DNA of 64,000 nt from Vicugna vicugna (lineage: Eukaryota). Where the stretch lies: NCBI GenBank assembly GCA_013265495.1, contig MU058198.1, positions 3,670,419 through 3,734,418 on the forward strand, read 5' to 3'. The notes under the pieces were generated by a model. It ran no database searches and was not told the DNA's origin. It saw only the letters and a program-made list of their open reading frames with translations. Every line of letters begins with the position of its first letter. Within the stretch, counting starts at the first letter, position 1. This document shows positions 37,280 to 51,739 of the stretch, piece after piece. The position numbers were made by a program, and so were the translations under genes.

Positions 37280-37500
37280 TTTGTTTTTTCAGTTTATTGA
37301 GATGAAATTCACATGACGTGAACCTGATCATTTTAGAGTTGAACAACTCAGTGGCATTTAGTACATTCAGTGTTGTGCAACCACCACCTCTGTCTAGTTG
37401 CAAAACGTTCCCATTGCTCCAAAATAAAAGCCCATCCCTATTAAGCAGTTCCTCCCCAGGGCCCTTGGCCCTCAGCTCCTGGCATCCATCCATCTGCTTT
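37280..37500 (-). mobile_element. L1 (L1MB-type) 3' end
   Basis: tttattgagatgaaattcacat...cagtggcatttagtacattcagtgttgtgcaaccaccacctctgtctagtt. Confidence 0.8.
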
Positions 37501-38269
37501 CCTGACTCTCTCTTTTTAAAGACTGTTTGTAAACAAAACTATTGGGTACCTCAAATATCTTTAACTCTAAAGAAGAAGATGATGACATGATGCTTGGTCA
37601 CCTAGATGAGGGCTGGTTGTCAAAGCATCTGAATAATTCTGTATCAGTTTGCAAATCATCGACCTAAGTGCCCTCTGCCTCCTTGGCCCCTAGGACCTGA
37701 TCCAGCAATGACAAGGTGAATGTCTGGTCCAGGGGGAGAATTCAGATCCTCCCCAGGGCCTCGGCTGTGTCCATTCCTCTGGGTAGCACTGCTTGACAAA
37801 TATTTGCCTATCAGCCCTGTGGTGGGAGCTAGGATTAGAATTCTTCTAGACGTAAGAGCCTCTCCAAATCCAAAGACTGCCTTCCAGTGCTCCCCTGTTT
37901 GGATCCCACCTGCCTTCAACAGTTTTACGCTTTCTAAAATGTCTTCCTCTAAAGTTCAATATTTTCCCTCTATCATTTTCTAAAATGCTTTTCTGAGTGA
38001 TGTTCTGACTTCACCTAACATGTGCCAAATACACCGTCTGAGATGGAAGGATGCTATTTTGGGGAGAAATATGTTCATCTCCCCTTGAAGGAGCCCAAGA
38101 CATCTGAAGGTGGCTTTTCCTTGTCCATCAGAGGAGGGCAAGCAGCTATGTTGAAGGCAGACCTAGAAGTTGCTGCCCCAGAACATATGACCGCAGTTGT
38201 GGGTTAAATAAGAGACACACTCGGGGGGGAAAGAACTGACCCACACAAAGTTTCAGAGGTAGTGCGATG

Positions 38270-38500
38270 TCAGGGGTTCAGAGTGCAGCCTTGGAGCCAG
38301 ACAGCCTGAGTTCAAGTCCCTCTGCGGTTGACCAGCTGTGTGACCTTGCACAAGACATTTAACCTCTTCAACTCTCAGCCTGCATGTCGGTGAAATGGAG
38401 AAACAGTAATACACACATCGTAAGATTTCCGTGTGGATTACCTGAGATAATACAGGTATGGCCCTTAGAAGAGCGCGTGGCTCATAGTAAGAGCTCGTTT
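38270..38500 (+). mobile_element. MIR SINE
   Basis: ggagccagacagcctgagttcaagtcc...agctgtgtgaccttgcacaag...tttaacctct. Confidence 0.8.
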
Positions 38501-38927
38501 GCCATGCGCTTTTAGGATGTAATCTTGCTTTCTATCAGATTTTGGAATAAATCATTTTTGGCTTCCCAAAAAAGAACAAAAAGAACATGGACTTAAAGTC
38601 AGTAGGCCACCGTGAGTCACTGAGGATTTTTTGAGAGTGGGAACGACACGATAAGATCTCTGCTTTAGGAAGATTAATTCGTCTGCAGCTCACAGGCCGA
38701 CCTGGGAGGAAGAGAGGGTGAAGGGATGGGGGGGGGTCATCGGGAGGCTGACACAGTGGGCTGAGCTGTGCTTCCAAGAGGGCAGCCGCTAGTCATGCGT
38801 GGCTACTTAACGTAATGCAAAGGAACTGACATGTACTGAGTGCCCGCATGTGGCTGGTGGCGGCTCTGGGGGACAGCAAATGCTTCCATCGTCCCAGCAA
38901 GTTCTGCTGGACGGTGCTAGTCAAGGG

Positions 38928-39095
38928 CAGTGGTTCTCACAGCTGAGTGTGCATCAGAATAACCCAGAAGGCGTGCTCGAGTCCAGATCACTGGGCTCCC
39001 CTCCCTGTCCCTTCAGAGCTTCGGACTCAGGAGGTCTGGGGTGGAGCCTTTCCAAGTTGCCAAGAGAGGCTGGTGTTGCTGGCCTGGGACACCTG
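38928..39095. mobile_element. MER5A-like element
   Basis: cagtggttctca...gtgtgcatcagaat...ggaggtctggggtggagcc. Confidence 0.75.
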
Positions 39096-42000
39096 GCTTT
39101 CCCTCTTGGAGGAAGAAGCTGTTCCCCCTGGAACAGTGCTTCTTGGTTCATGGTGTGAGGGGAGGGGAGTTGTTTTGAGCTTGTTGGCAATTGTGTGGAT
39201 CCTATTTATATGTCCCAGCTAAGCCCCTTTGGGATTTGGGTTCCATCTCTTTCTGAGGTCAGCAGGCGGCGGTGCTCCCTGGGGTCTGTTCCCTGCAGGG
39301 ATTTGTATGGGAGCTGAAATGGAGAAAGTGGGCCGCATTTGGAGTCTGGAGAACAGAGGGACTAATCCGGGAGCGAGGAGTGGTCTCTGCTGCCTCCCGT
39401 GTCCCCTGCTAGCCTGGAGCGCTGCTCTTGAGGACTGATGGAGAGAAAGGCACAGACAGACGCTTTCACAACTGCGTAGCCAAGAATGTGCTGCCTCTGT
39501 CCCTCCCTCGGCCATGCCTTGACAACTTTCTCCCTGAAGCATGAATGACTCACACGTCTAGCTGCACGGTTGGGGTGGGGGCTGGGGGGAAGGGCCTCGG
39601 GATGGTAAGTGACAGAATTCAATGAAGTACCAAGTGCGAGAAACACATCACTTCAAACCGCAACGTATCTCTCCGCCCCAAGTGTGCCTCCAGCTAGTGG
39701 TCTGAGCTGCAGAAGAAAGGCACAGAGCTTGTTCTCAGGAAGCTGGGGGACACATCCGCTGACGGGCGGGGTCCCCGCAATGTTTGCCTGGGTCGGAGCC
39801 GAGCTGGGAATATCAGGCAGAGACCTAGGGTGAGGCTGTGCGAGACCGGAAGCGATAAAGCTCTCCCCACAGCCTCTGTGCACCCTTTTATATATAGTCA
39901 TCGGCTGTGCATGAGTGTCTGAGTGCAGTTAGGATGTTCTTCCAGAATATACTCGGTACTAGCCGGCGCACAGCTGTGACCCTCTTAAGACTGCTCTCCC
40001 CGCTCTCCCAGCTGCTCTCCTGAGATGCTCCCTTGACCGCTCCACAGCACAGCAACTAAAGCTAACACCTGGGCGTATCAAGGGGCCTCCAAGACCCTGT
40101 TCTAATGGTGAGGATGGCATCAGTCCTGGCTAGCTGGTACTTGGATTATGCCATGTGTTTGAATATAATGTGTGCGTGTGTCTGTGTGTGTGTGTGCGCG
40201 CCTGCAGTGGTGAAGCATGGGAAAAGGTGGGGAGGATTCAGTAGGTGCCACAAAGACCTTGAGACAGGAATAATTTCGTAAGATTGTAATGAAAAGAAAG
40301 TGGGAAGGATGCCTGTTTCCTGCAGGCTGATTAAGACCCATGACTTTAATCATCCATCCATCCATCTATCCATCCATTTAGGATAAATGGGTCCAGCAGG
40401 AAAACCTTCCCTCTTTTAGTGCTTCCACGCCATTGAGGATGTTTGACAGTACATAAGGGGGGACAGGCCTCTGTTGGGACTCTTCTGAACAGATGTTTTT
40501 TTCCCTCATCGCCCCCAAATGACAGTAGAAGAAACAGAAAACTTATCTTCAAATGACAGCCCTTTCCTTTGACTGCCTGGGGAACATGGTGTGAGAATGT
40601 GGCTGTCAGTTTTGGAAAAAAAAAACCTGTTGGATCCCATGATTCAGTAATGTGGTTAATGTAGATAGGGCTCTTCTATCAAAGCAGGGAGCCCATTGAA
40701 GAAATGAGAAAATATGCACTGGTTCTCTGGAGAAGGGAGGTAAGCTTGCCTTCCTCGGAACTGGGAGGCTTTTGTCCTGAGCCTCTGGAAATTAAACCCA
40801 TCACTTAGAGAGCAGATTGTGGGGCTTCTGGCCGTGGTTGCTTTGGGCTGCGCAAAGCTGCCGACGGACAGTTTTGATTGAATGTCGAAATTAAGCTGCC
40901 AAGCAGCGACTCTGCAGCTCCAGGGACCCCATGTTAGTATTTATGTCACATCTTTAGAAATAATCACATTGTGAAGCAGCGCCCAAAGCCATGTCAGCAG
41001 CCACTGCAGCTCAGGGTCTGAATGCCTCCCGCCTGACGTTTCTGCTGCAATTCCTCAGCATGGGGGGGGCCAGGGGGAGGCACACCGGCAGGGTTCCTGT
41101 CCCGAGGATGCGGGCAAAGAAGCTGTAAGCCTTGTCTGTTCTTGTTTTGTCTCAACTTGAGGCATGAGGTGGTCTCCAAACAAGAAATAAAGCTAGCTTA
41201 TTGGGATCCCTAACTCCCAAACCATCTGTCTTAGACACAAGGGAAGACCCCCAGGACCAGCCTGAGGGCAACAGATGTTCACCGGGGCAGGGTTTAGCTT
41301 GTTTTTCCACTCTGGTCTGAACATTGCCTCCTCTGTCTTGCACGCTCTCCCTGTATCCCCAGGGGGACCTGGTGACATTGCCCACGCCATTGGGAAGTGC
41401 CACGTATTAAGAGACGGTACTTGTGAAACCTCAAAGAGGGACTAACCCAGATCCTCCCCAGGGAGGTTGTAAGGGTTGAGGTTGTGTAGAGTCACAGATA
41501 TAGAGCAGCCCTGGGAATTTCAGGACCCTGAGAGACCAGGGGAACCTCTGTAGAAACTAGACGACCCTAAACTGGGTTTAGTGGATTATACAGTGCTCAC
41601 TTTCCGAGGTTCTGGCTCCAAGAAGAAACCAGTTACAGAACATGGAAGTTGCCTGGTTTGGGCGGTGATGCACAGACTCCGAACTTGGGGGGGATCAGCT
41701 GGCTGGACCTCGGGGCATCCAGGTTGTATCCAACTCCAGTGTGTTGAGAATAATGTGCCCAAGACTGGCCTCCCATAAAGCAAAGAATTCTTTCTCCCAG
41801 ATTTAGAGTAACTTTTTTTTTAATTAAAAAAGTAATTCGTGCTCAGCTGCGACCATATATTTAACGTCTTCCAAATTCCCAAAGAATGACTAAGAGATTA
41901 AAAATGGGAAAAATTTATCAGGGCTGCAATCCAGAGTGTCAGTCTCCTGCCAGAACCACTGAAGAATTCCTCTAAGACAGAGTTCAGACAATACTAGCTG

Positions 42001-44349
42001 ATTTTGCCTCCTCTTTTCCAACATCTAAGGGTCTTAATACCTTTCTTTTATGTAATTGTGTTGGTTGGTACTTCTAGAATGATGTTAAATTATAGTGGTG
42101 ATCGTGGGCATTTCTAATTTATTGTAGCCTTAATGGAACTAGAAATGCCTTTAGAGCTTCACCCATAAATACAGTGAAAAAGCCTTTGATATATTTATTA
42201 TACCAAGAAAAGCATGTATGTACGCCTCTTTTTCTAAGGGTTAAAAGAATGATTATTGAATTTCATCACTTGTCTTTTTGTCTTTTTTGGGAGATAATTA
42301 TATGTTTTTTTCTCCTTTGACCTAGTTTTATACTAAGTCATACTAAAAATTTTTCTAAAACTACGAAGGGTTTTGTGTAGAGAGTATGTAATGAGTTTTC
42401 AAAAGATCACTTCGGGGCAGGGGTGTGGAGGAAGGGCTGAATGGAGCAAGTCTGTAGGCAAGAAATTGACTCTGAGGATTTAATTTCACCAGGAGAGAAA
42501 AAATGAATGTCCAGACAACAACTGTATGTGTGACTGCTGTTTACCAATCACTCGTCACCTGCCAAGGACAGTACCAGGCACTTCGCAGGCTTCAAATATA
42601 ACTTCATAATCCCAATAACCCGATGACACAATTATTACTGTTGACATGGTGGCACTGGGGATAGTAAGAAGGGCTCAAAGTGTATGAAATGATAAAGAGG
42701 CAGAATGAATACCATCCAGGCAGAAAATAAACAGGTAAAAGACAGAGAGAGGAAAGGAGGGTGGGAGGGAGAGAGAAAGAGGGGACCTGAAAGGGAAGGA
42801 GGGCAGAGGATAAGGCAAGAGATGGAGATAAAGGCATAAACGAGAAGGATATCAGGGTATGATATAAAAAAGTAATTTAAAACAATAAAATAAATGAAAA
42901 TGTGTGGGGAAAAAAACAGAGGACTGCCTACTGCAGAAAACATAATCAGTAGGATGGAACCCAGCTTAAGGAGTGCCCCCAGATGGTGGCGAAGAGGGAT
43001 GAAGAAATGACTATGATCATGAAGAAAATGAGATGTAGAGGACAAACATCGTTTATCCATAGGTAAATGGAGTCAGATGTTCCTGGAGACAAGACCAGGG
43101 CAAACGGAAAAGCAGCTATATTGAGAGAAGAGCTCACGACAAACAAACAATAAGCTGTATAAAAAAGAGCTGTTGAAGCAGGAAAGGTAAAATGCAAGAC
43201 TGAAAAATAGTCCTGAAGCTCAAATAACAGGATCAAATTACGTAAAAGCAAAAACTGCTAGAAATGAAATGAGAAATTTATAGAAATACCATCGCAGGAG
43301 GGTTTTAAAACATACTTTGACAGATAGAACAGGTGAAAAAAAATAGATATAGATAACTGAAATAATCTAATTAAAGTAAGTGTCAAATACCTCCATCTTG
43401 AAGCTTGAACCCTTCAGTCAGAGAATCACCTCTTTTTTCCCCGTAGTATGCACAAAATTGGTGTGAGGCAACCCTCATTCAGCTCTCCACAAAATGCCCC
43501 CGAAATGGCTCAGCCCACATTTTCTGATGAAAACATTATAGAACTAGCAATTCATGACACAAGTATGTAAGACAGGGGATCATTGGATGAATGAGATGGA
43601 GTAGGAATCAGGAATTAGGAATCAGGAAGCCTTAACATGATGAGCTCTTGCAATCACTTCTATAGCGAATGGGAGGGAGAGTTGGCTAGGCACAGCCAGT
43701 CGGGTTGACGGGCAGTGTGGAGGACCAAGATGTGGTCGGAGAGCATGAGTGTGTAGGAGCATCGAGCCGCCACGTTTGATTCTTTTCTCCTGGAGCACTC
43801 TCTAAGTCACGTACCACTGATGGTCAAAGGGAAGCAGACAGGATATTGTTGAAAAGACAGAATATTTAAGCCTGTGTCCAGAAGTGACTGGAGGGTTTTC
43901 GCATCAGCAGGGCTAGAAAAGGAGTAATTCCACAGCAGTGCACTGATGGACCAGAGGACAGGAATGACCTGATGGATCCGAGGGTTTGATGGGCTCAAAA
44001 AAAACTGATGTAAAGGGAGCAGGGAAGTAAAAGGATGAAAGGTTAACAGGGAGGAAGTAGCAATCCAGGGGAGACTCCAGGTGGCTGGATCAGAATGGAG
44101 AGGAGGCCATGATAGAAGAAGGAATGGATCGATCACATTTGGCTTCAGATCATCTTTCATCCTGTTACTACCTCCTCCAGGTTCATTTGTATGAAAATCA
44201 CATTGGAGGCATACTCTCTTGGCCCTGAAATTGATCTTAATAGTTTTATAATCTGATCTAAATTCTCTCAAAGGAAAAAGGGAATCCACATTTGTTGAAC
44301 CTCTGCCATATGCTTTAAACTCTTCTTCAATACCGTTATCCTTGATAAT

Positions 44350-44457
44350 TAGGGTGACCGTATAATTTGTTGTCTGAACTGGACTCTCTTGAGAGTGAAA
44401 GGACAACAGGTATAGAGTGAGGCTGTCCTGGGTAAACTGGCATGGATGGCCATCCTA
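44350..44457. mobile_element. MER81/MER94-like hAT-Blackjack MITE
   Basis: Termini tagggtgacc ... ggccatccta are imperfect inverted repeats; internal ttgagagtgaaagg. Confidence 0.7.
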
Positions 44458-45659
44458 CTATTATCCAGCAGCCCTTTGAGTTGTATGTGGCTTTATTAGC
44501 ATTTCAGAGACCAGGAAACTGAAGCTCAGAGAAGTCTTGACTGAGGGCATCTGGTAAGTGAGAGTAATGACAGAAGCAGAATTCAAACCCAGGTCTGTCT
44601 GACTCCAGAGTCCAGCTATTGCTAATTTAGCTCCCAATTCTTCTGCACTAGCTCCCTCTCATCGTTTTGCTTGCCATGGCCTGACAGGCTCTCTTCTAGA
44701 TAGGAACTGTGATGGTCCCAGCTGGAAGTCTGTCTCAACACAGATAATTAGATGTGTGACAACTGTACCGTTGCCAGCAGTGACAGGAAGCCAGCTGTTG
44801 TAGGAGCCATTGGCCATGATGTGCTTGGGATGACTTAGATCCTGCATGTGGGCTGCCCAAGGACCTTGGGTTTGCTTGCTTTATAACCAGAGTTGGGCAG
44901 ATGAGGCCAGGGATGGCTGGTTAAGATGGGGATTCTGATGGATCCAGGGCTCACAAAAGCTACAACATCAGAGAACCTTGGGGTTAGAAGAAGCAGTAAG
45001 TGAACAGGAATCAAAAGGAGTAGGTTGTAAAGTAAAAGGCTAAAGAAGCTTCTAACTTAAGAAGGTGTGGCTGGCCAGTGGGAGGGATTTGGGGATAACC
45101 AAAGACCCAGGTAAACTGCCATCCGTCAGGAGGTCACTGGAATAGAAGGGGGGTGGTGGTGCAGAGCACGGTAGAGAAAATAGGTTGATGGTTCTGAAAT
45201 TTGCCACCTGTTTAGTCTTTTCCCTCCAACCCTGCTTTGATCCTGGGGTACGTGCTAGGGGTGTCCAGCTGATCTCAGTGAGGTCGTTCTGGGTCTGTGC
45301 ATAGTTCACCAAGGGCTCAGTGATTCAAGCTATGACCTTTGCAGATTCAGTTGCTCTGTGACGTCTTTGGGGATCAAGATGGGTCCCTGAAGTCCAGAGC
45401 AATGGATTCCTGGAGACTGTAGTTGCACCACAACTGAACTGCTTTTTAAAATTAAGTTTTAATAACACAGTTAATACAAGAATGCCCACAACCTCAAAAC
45501 CAAGTTTCTTTACCTCTTCCATAGCTGTAACCATTACTTTAAGCCAATTTTGGTTATATTCTTCCAGACTCTTTTCTTATATTTACATTCATATTTGACC
45601 TTGTAGAAAATTTATTTTATTATAACTTTTCTCTAAGGTTTCAAAGGCCTTGTTTGTAA

Positions 45660-46010
45660 AAATTTTATTTTTGACATAATTTCAAAATGACAGAAATTTG
45701 CAAGAACAGTGCAAGGAATATCTGTATACTCTTTACCTGATTTACCAGTTGTTCATATTTTGTCCCATTTGGTTTATTATTCTCTTTATTAAATATTTTT
45801 ATGCATGCATTTTTTTTTCTGAGCCACCTGAGAGTAAGTTGGAATCATGGTTCCCATTTGCCCCTAAATACTTCAGTGTGTATTTCCCAGGAACAAGGAC
45901 CTTCTCGGAAATATGTACAACTAGCCCACTCAGGAAATGTGACATTAACCCAATGCTGTTATCCAATTCACTGTCCAGATCCAGATGTCATCAGTTGAAC
46001 CACTGATGTC
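45660..46010 (-). mobile_element. L1 (L1MC/ME-type) fragment
   Basis: taatttcaaaatgacagaaatttgcaagaacag...cccctaaatacttcagtgtgtatttccc. Confidence 0.7.
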
Positions 46011-47179
46011 CTCAGACCTTTCCCTTAAACGAAGAGGCAGAATACTGTAATTGTCGATCTTCATCTTGCTGTTTTCTTCAATGTGTTGGTGCATAAAGGT
46101 AGCCCCGTGTTATTAACATGTATGCAGAATTTCACAGTATGAATGTCATCTAGGTTACTGAGCCCTTCCCCTGTTACTGGGCACTCAGGTTATTTCCTCC
46201 TTTTTGTCCTTGCAAACATCCTCAAAGATAACTGACTGTTAGTGGGTGTTGCTTTGAATAACTGAGGACATGTAGGGAGGACAGATGAGGACTCGTGATG
46301 TTGAAGAAAGTACCTTCAAAAGGGAGTTAAAGAGAAGCTCCTGGTTCACATGGTTTGAGATAATGGCTTTAGAACAACGGAGTTATTCACTTTTCCAATA
46401 GACAGTTGTATTTTGAGGGGTGGGGGAGACTAGGAAAGTTCTTGGTGAAGAACAATTCTTAGGAAGATAGTTAACAGCAGTGCTGATTTTTCTAGGTTCA
46501 ATACTGTATTAGGTAACTTCCACCAGAATGCAGAGGCCTCATTTGCTCTGAAGACCCTTTGATGAAAACAGCCAGATCTTACCCCCAAACAGCTTCACTT
46601 CCAAGGCAAGCAATGTTCTCTTGATTGGGACGCTTTTCTCCTGTACACTTAGCAAACTTCCACCAGGGGGGAAGGTTGCTATTTCTGCTTTGTGTGAAGC
46701 ATTTGGTACCATCTGGGCTGGCTGGATTTCAACAGAGATAGTAAAGAAACATTTATCAAGAAAAATCAAAGTCAGTCTCGCCAAGTGTGGTCTAGAGAGA
46801 TTTGCCTTCTCGATACATATGCAGCTCTCTTGCTGCTGGGAAACAGGGCTCTACTTTGAAAGCTACAGGAGGGACAGGCTTTGGATCTTAGCCTGAAGCT
46901 ACTGTCACCTGTGCATGATACAGTGGCTTTAGTAGCCAGAGCTCTTGGAAATGTGAACACTCGGTCCCAGAATCAGTTCCACTCTGTTCCTTTCCATGGA
47001 AAATTTTGGCCCCTTTGATAGAGGATAGACCCAAAGGGACAGAAGTAGAAGGAAGGATCTGTAAGGGTTGCTGGTGAGATGAAGTCACGCCTCTATTAGG
47101 AATGTTTGGTTCCAGGGACGTTGATGCCCAAGGAGGGGTCATTCTTAAACCATGAGTTACGAGATTGGATGATGAAAAC

Positions 47180-47275
47180 AGATAATATGTATGTCTATGA
47201 CTGACTGAAACATTATGCTATACACCAGAAATTGACACATTGTAAGTGACTATACTTCAATTTAAAAAAAAAAAG
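47180..47275 (+). mobile_element. Short 5'-truncated young L1 3' end with poly-A
   Basis: gactgaaacattatgctatacaccagaaattgacacattgtaagtgactatacttcaatttaaaaaaaaaaa; related antisense copy near 32640-32720. Confidence 0.8.
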
Positions 47276-49390
47276 AATGCAACACACTCTTGTGTTGCAG
47301 AGAGCTCTCTGAAGGAGCTGTGATGTTGTAAACTCACAATAGAAAGATGCTCTGGTGATTGTCCTCTGGTGTCAGTTTATAAGACAGGGAAGAAAGTGTG
47401 GTCTCAGAAGAAAGATGAGCTGTTTCTACTTGCATGTGTGTTGCCAATCAACCAGACAGACAAGTTTCTGGCACTTCATAGCATCTCACATTGTGTTTTT
47501 ATGCAGCTCTCTAGGTGATAGATGTGTCGTTCCAAGATCCCAGCCTAGAAACTGGCACATGCTGTTTTCCTTGGAAGGCTCCGTCCATGAGAAAGTAACA
47601 GTTGGAGATTGTATTCCATAGGGGAAAATGTATGGGGATTTAAGAAATTATATCATCTAGGAAAGCTTTACGTCATGTGTGCTTTATGGTCTAGGAACAG
47701 CAGCATCACCTGGGAACTTTTTAGAGAAACAAATGAACAGGTGTCACTCCAGAGATACTGAAGGGTGCAGGGTGCAGACCCTGGGATCTTATAGCCCTGT
47801 ATCCATTACCCTGTATAACCTGGCTACTGTCTCATTAGAAATCTACTATACTTTGAATAAATTTGGGTTTATATATTCCTTAGGGATGGGATCAACATCT
47901 TATGTTGGTCTCACCCCCATCCCCAGCACCTAGCAGAATGGCTAACATATAGTAAGGACCTGCTTATTGAACTCAACCAAACCAAAGAGGAAAAAAATTC
48001 CTGCTTTTGGTGCAAGAATGAGATACAACTTGCAGGCTGAGATGGAATTCAACCTGTGGATAAATGGAAGAAAGGGCCATATGCTCGAGTGCAGAGGAAT
48101 GTTGACAGAATAAGTTGCAGCTTGCATCCTGTCCCTTTTCACTCTTCTCTCAGTCCACGCAGCCCTTGTCTCATCTCGTTTATTCAGTCCCAACCCCTTA
48201 CTAACTATATGATCTTAGGCAAATCAGACACTACCACTCCCTCCCCAGCCCCATGCCCTCCTCACCCTGACTCCATCCCAAGCAGTGGTTTGCAACTTGA
48301 ATGTAGGAAAATAAAGGGAACATCTTTGAATTGAACTTGGGCTGGGTTTTGTCAGATAAAATGGAAAGAAAGAGGAGCAAAGGAGCTGAGAGTGTTTCAG
48401 GGAATGATTATAATGCATCCAGAACTCTAAACTGGGGGTGAGTGGAGTAAAGGAAAGAAGGAATAGGGAGAAAGAGAAGATATATTGGGCTCAACAGACT
48501 GGTGATGAGAGACTTGTAGCAGTGGGGTACTAGACTTAATGTACTGGAAAGTTGGCAAGTGGCATAAGATCGTGGGGTACATGAAACTGAGTTTGAGAGA
48601 ACAGTGTGGTTTCTGTATGTTAAGCATCAGGGAGGAGGAGGCTGTGATGTGGTGGAAGCAAAGGTTGTAAGGAGTGAGGGGGATGCTTTATCCCCTACTT
48701 TTCTGTTTCGATTATCTTAGTGCACTTATGAAACATTTTGAAAAAATATTAGATGATGGCTGAGGTGATGGGTATCTTTGTCTTATTCCTGACTTTATGG
48801 AATTTATCATTAACTTTGGAGCTATTATTTCAGATATCCTTTATCCTGTGAAGAAAACTTCCTGTTATTTCTGGCATGGTTTTCTCCTTTGACCTGTAAA
48901 AGTGATGCGTATTCTAATAATAGATTTCCAGGGTTGAACCATCTTTGCATTCCTGATAGGAGTCATTATATATTAGCCTTCTAGCAGATAGTTTGAGTCA
49001 ATCTGCTAATATATTGCTTTGGATTTTCCTATCAGAAGTGGGATAGTTGGCACTGTCTCCTTAAGATCTAAACAATTCTCATTTTCTTATCTCTTTCCCT
49101 GGGCTAGCGATGTTACTCATTTTTGAGCTGACTCCTAGTTAACTTCTTCCCATTTCTCCAGGCTGATGTCTTATTCCACCTCATCCTTCTATGCCCAGGT
49201 GCATCTGCACTCCTGACCCTCTGCGTCCTTTCCCTTTCTGAGCTGGTCTTACAGCCTCCTTTACGCAGGGTGGTCTTGGTTGCAGGTGGAGCCTCGCTGT
49301 AGCGCTGCTGTTTTTCGAGCCTTCTCTCTATGGGCTGTCTGGGTACTGGTTGTGGGTGCACTTTGGTTTAGAGGGCAACTCTTTTAGCTC

Positions 49391-49870
49391 TTTCTTTTTG
49401 AATTCAGAGAAGATTCAAATAACACAAGATTCACCACTAACCATTTTAAAGTACATAGTTCAGTGACATTTAGTATGTTCATGGTGTTGTGCAACCATCA
49501 TTTCTGTCTAGTTCCAAGAAATTTCATCACCTGTAAAAGAACCCCCAAAACCATTAGATGGTCACTCCCCATTTGCCATGCCACCAGCTCCTGGCCACCA
49601 CTACTCTGTTTTCTGTCTCTTTGGATTTACCTGTTCTGGTTGTTTCATATAAATGGAATCATAGAATATGTGACCTTTTGTGTCAGAGCATTCATGTGTT
49701 CATAGCAGCATAATTCACAATAGCCAAAAAGTGGGAGTAGCCCAGATATTAATCAGCTGATGAATGGAGCCACAAAATTTAATGTATTCCTACAAGGGAA
49801 TCCTATTCAGCCATAAATGAAGTACAGTGTGTATGAATCTTGAAAACATTATGCTAAACGAAAGAAACCA
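49391..49870. mobile_element. L1 insertion with 5' inversion
   Basis: Antisense 3' end 49391-49684 joined to a sense-oriented adjacent segment about 49690-49870. Confidence 0.8.
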
Positions 49871-50143
49871 AACTTTCTTGTAGACTATTTGGAAAGCAAG
49901 CTTTGAGAACATAACAGTTATTCTCAAGGGCAGAGTAGGGAGAGTGATATGAATCTCAGAAATCAATTTTAAACCAATAGAGATCAGGGTCTACAAATTA
50001 TGAATTGATCTCACTTTGTTAACTTCTTAGCTATTGGTGTTAATGAATGGAAATTCCCATTAAATGTGAGGCCAAGGACCTTTTCACAGGTTCCACAACC
50101 ATCACTGGTTGGTGCTTAAACATTTGGGGGCTGTTAATACTGA

Positions 50144-50326
<183 letters not shown>

Positions 50327-50408
50327 TAAGTTAAAATGACGGCAGCCTGGCCTGAGGGGTGCAGGTTGGGTCATGGTCCCCCTGAGATGGGAGAGGCCCT
50401 CTCCCAGC

Positions 50409-50520
50409 TTCCTTTTCCTTCCCTCCTTCTTTGCCTTCTTCCTTCCTTCCTTCCTTCCTTCCTTCCTTCCTTCCTTCCTTCCTTCCTTCCTTCCTTCTCT
50501 CCCTTCCTCTCCTTCCATCT
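50409..50520. repeat. (TTCC)n microsatellite
   Basis: Direct inspection. Confidence 0.95.
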
Positions 50521-51524
50521 GCATTTTTTCCTTGCAGGCCAAGTAAAAATCAGAACCTTTTTTAATAGTGTTGAGAATGTCTCTGGCATGGGGAAGTGGG
50601 TGGGATGGAAAATAGTGTGATGTGTTGCTAGTGTGAAGGATTGTGGGAGGAGCTCTTGGTCTTGGCAGACGTGGGCCATGACCTACAGGGTGTGGTGACA
50701 ACCTCTCTAGGGCTGGGCATGTGAATGATGCTGGGCCTACGGTCTGCTGGGGCTCTGCTGACTGCTATGGGGGTCTTCCCTGGCTAGTGCTCTAAGAACA
50801 TTGGCTCACTCTTTGATGCATCTGGGCCAACAAATGTGAGAGATGTCCGCCATGACTTATTGAACATATACTACATATAACAAGCACTGTATGGAGTGAT
50901 CCAGCTTCGTTGGTTATTTCATCCCCATTTTATCAATGGGGCTGAAAAAGGTTAAAGAACCAGCGCCCACAACAGATACAGGCTAGAACAAGATTTAGCG
51001 ACAGACAGTCTGACTCCAGAGGACATGAGCCAAAAGCATGGTTCCTCATAGTAGCCCCCTTCCTGCTTTCCTCTCTCAGAGCAAAACTGGGCACCCATCT
51101 CAGCCTCAGACAAGGACATGCCTTAGAACAGGCAACCTCCCTGATCCCACACTTTCCCCATCCAACAGATCGGCACCAGCAAGACTTTCCTGTAGACATA
51201 TCCTCAGCCTCAGCCTCAACCCTCATGTGTGCAAACACTTGCACAATTGAATGATTGACATCATGGTTCTTAGAGTGCCTGTGTCCGTCTGTGAACATCA
51301 CGGATCCTATTAAGACATAAGGCAGCAGAAGTAGTTAGAACTGTCCTGTCAGAGCTGGCCTGGGTCCTCTGCTTGTTTAAGCCACAGGCTGTAAAACAGG
51401 AAAAGCTCTGTCTCCCTGGGGAGCTTGCCTGGGATGGAAACTGAATATGTTTCTTGCAGCAGCTTGTAATCTGTAACCATTCCTGCCTTCGGGCTTTGTC
51501 CTCTTAGACGTTTCGTCTGCCTGA

Positions 51525-51707
<183 letters not shown>

Positions 51708-51739
51708 TAAGGAAGGTTTTGCTTTGAAAGCTACCATAC

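Noticed and set aside
43807..44406. 199-aa minus-strand ORF
   Set aside because: Starts inside a MITE and runs through what looks like decayed LINE (possibly L2) sequence; no intact domain recognised
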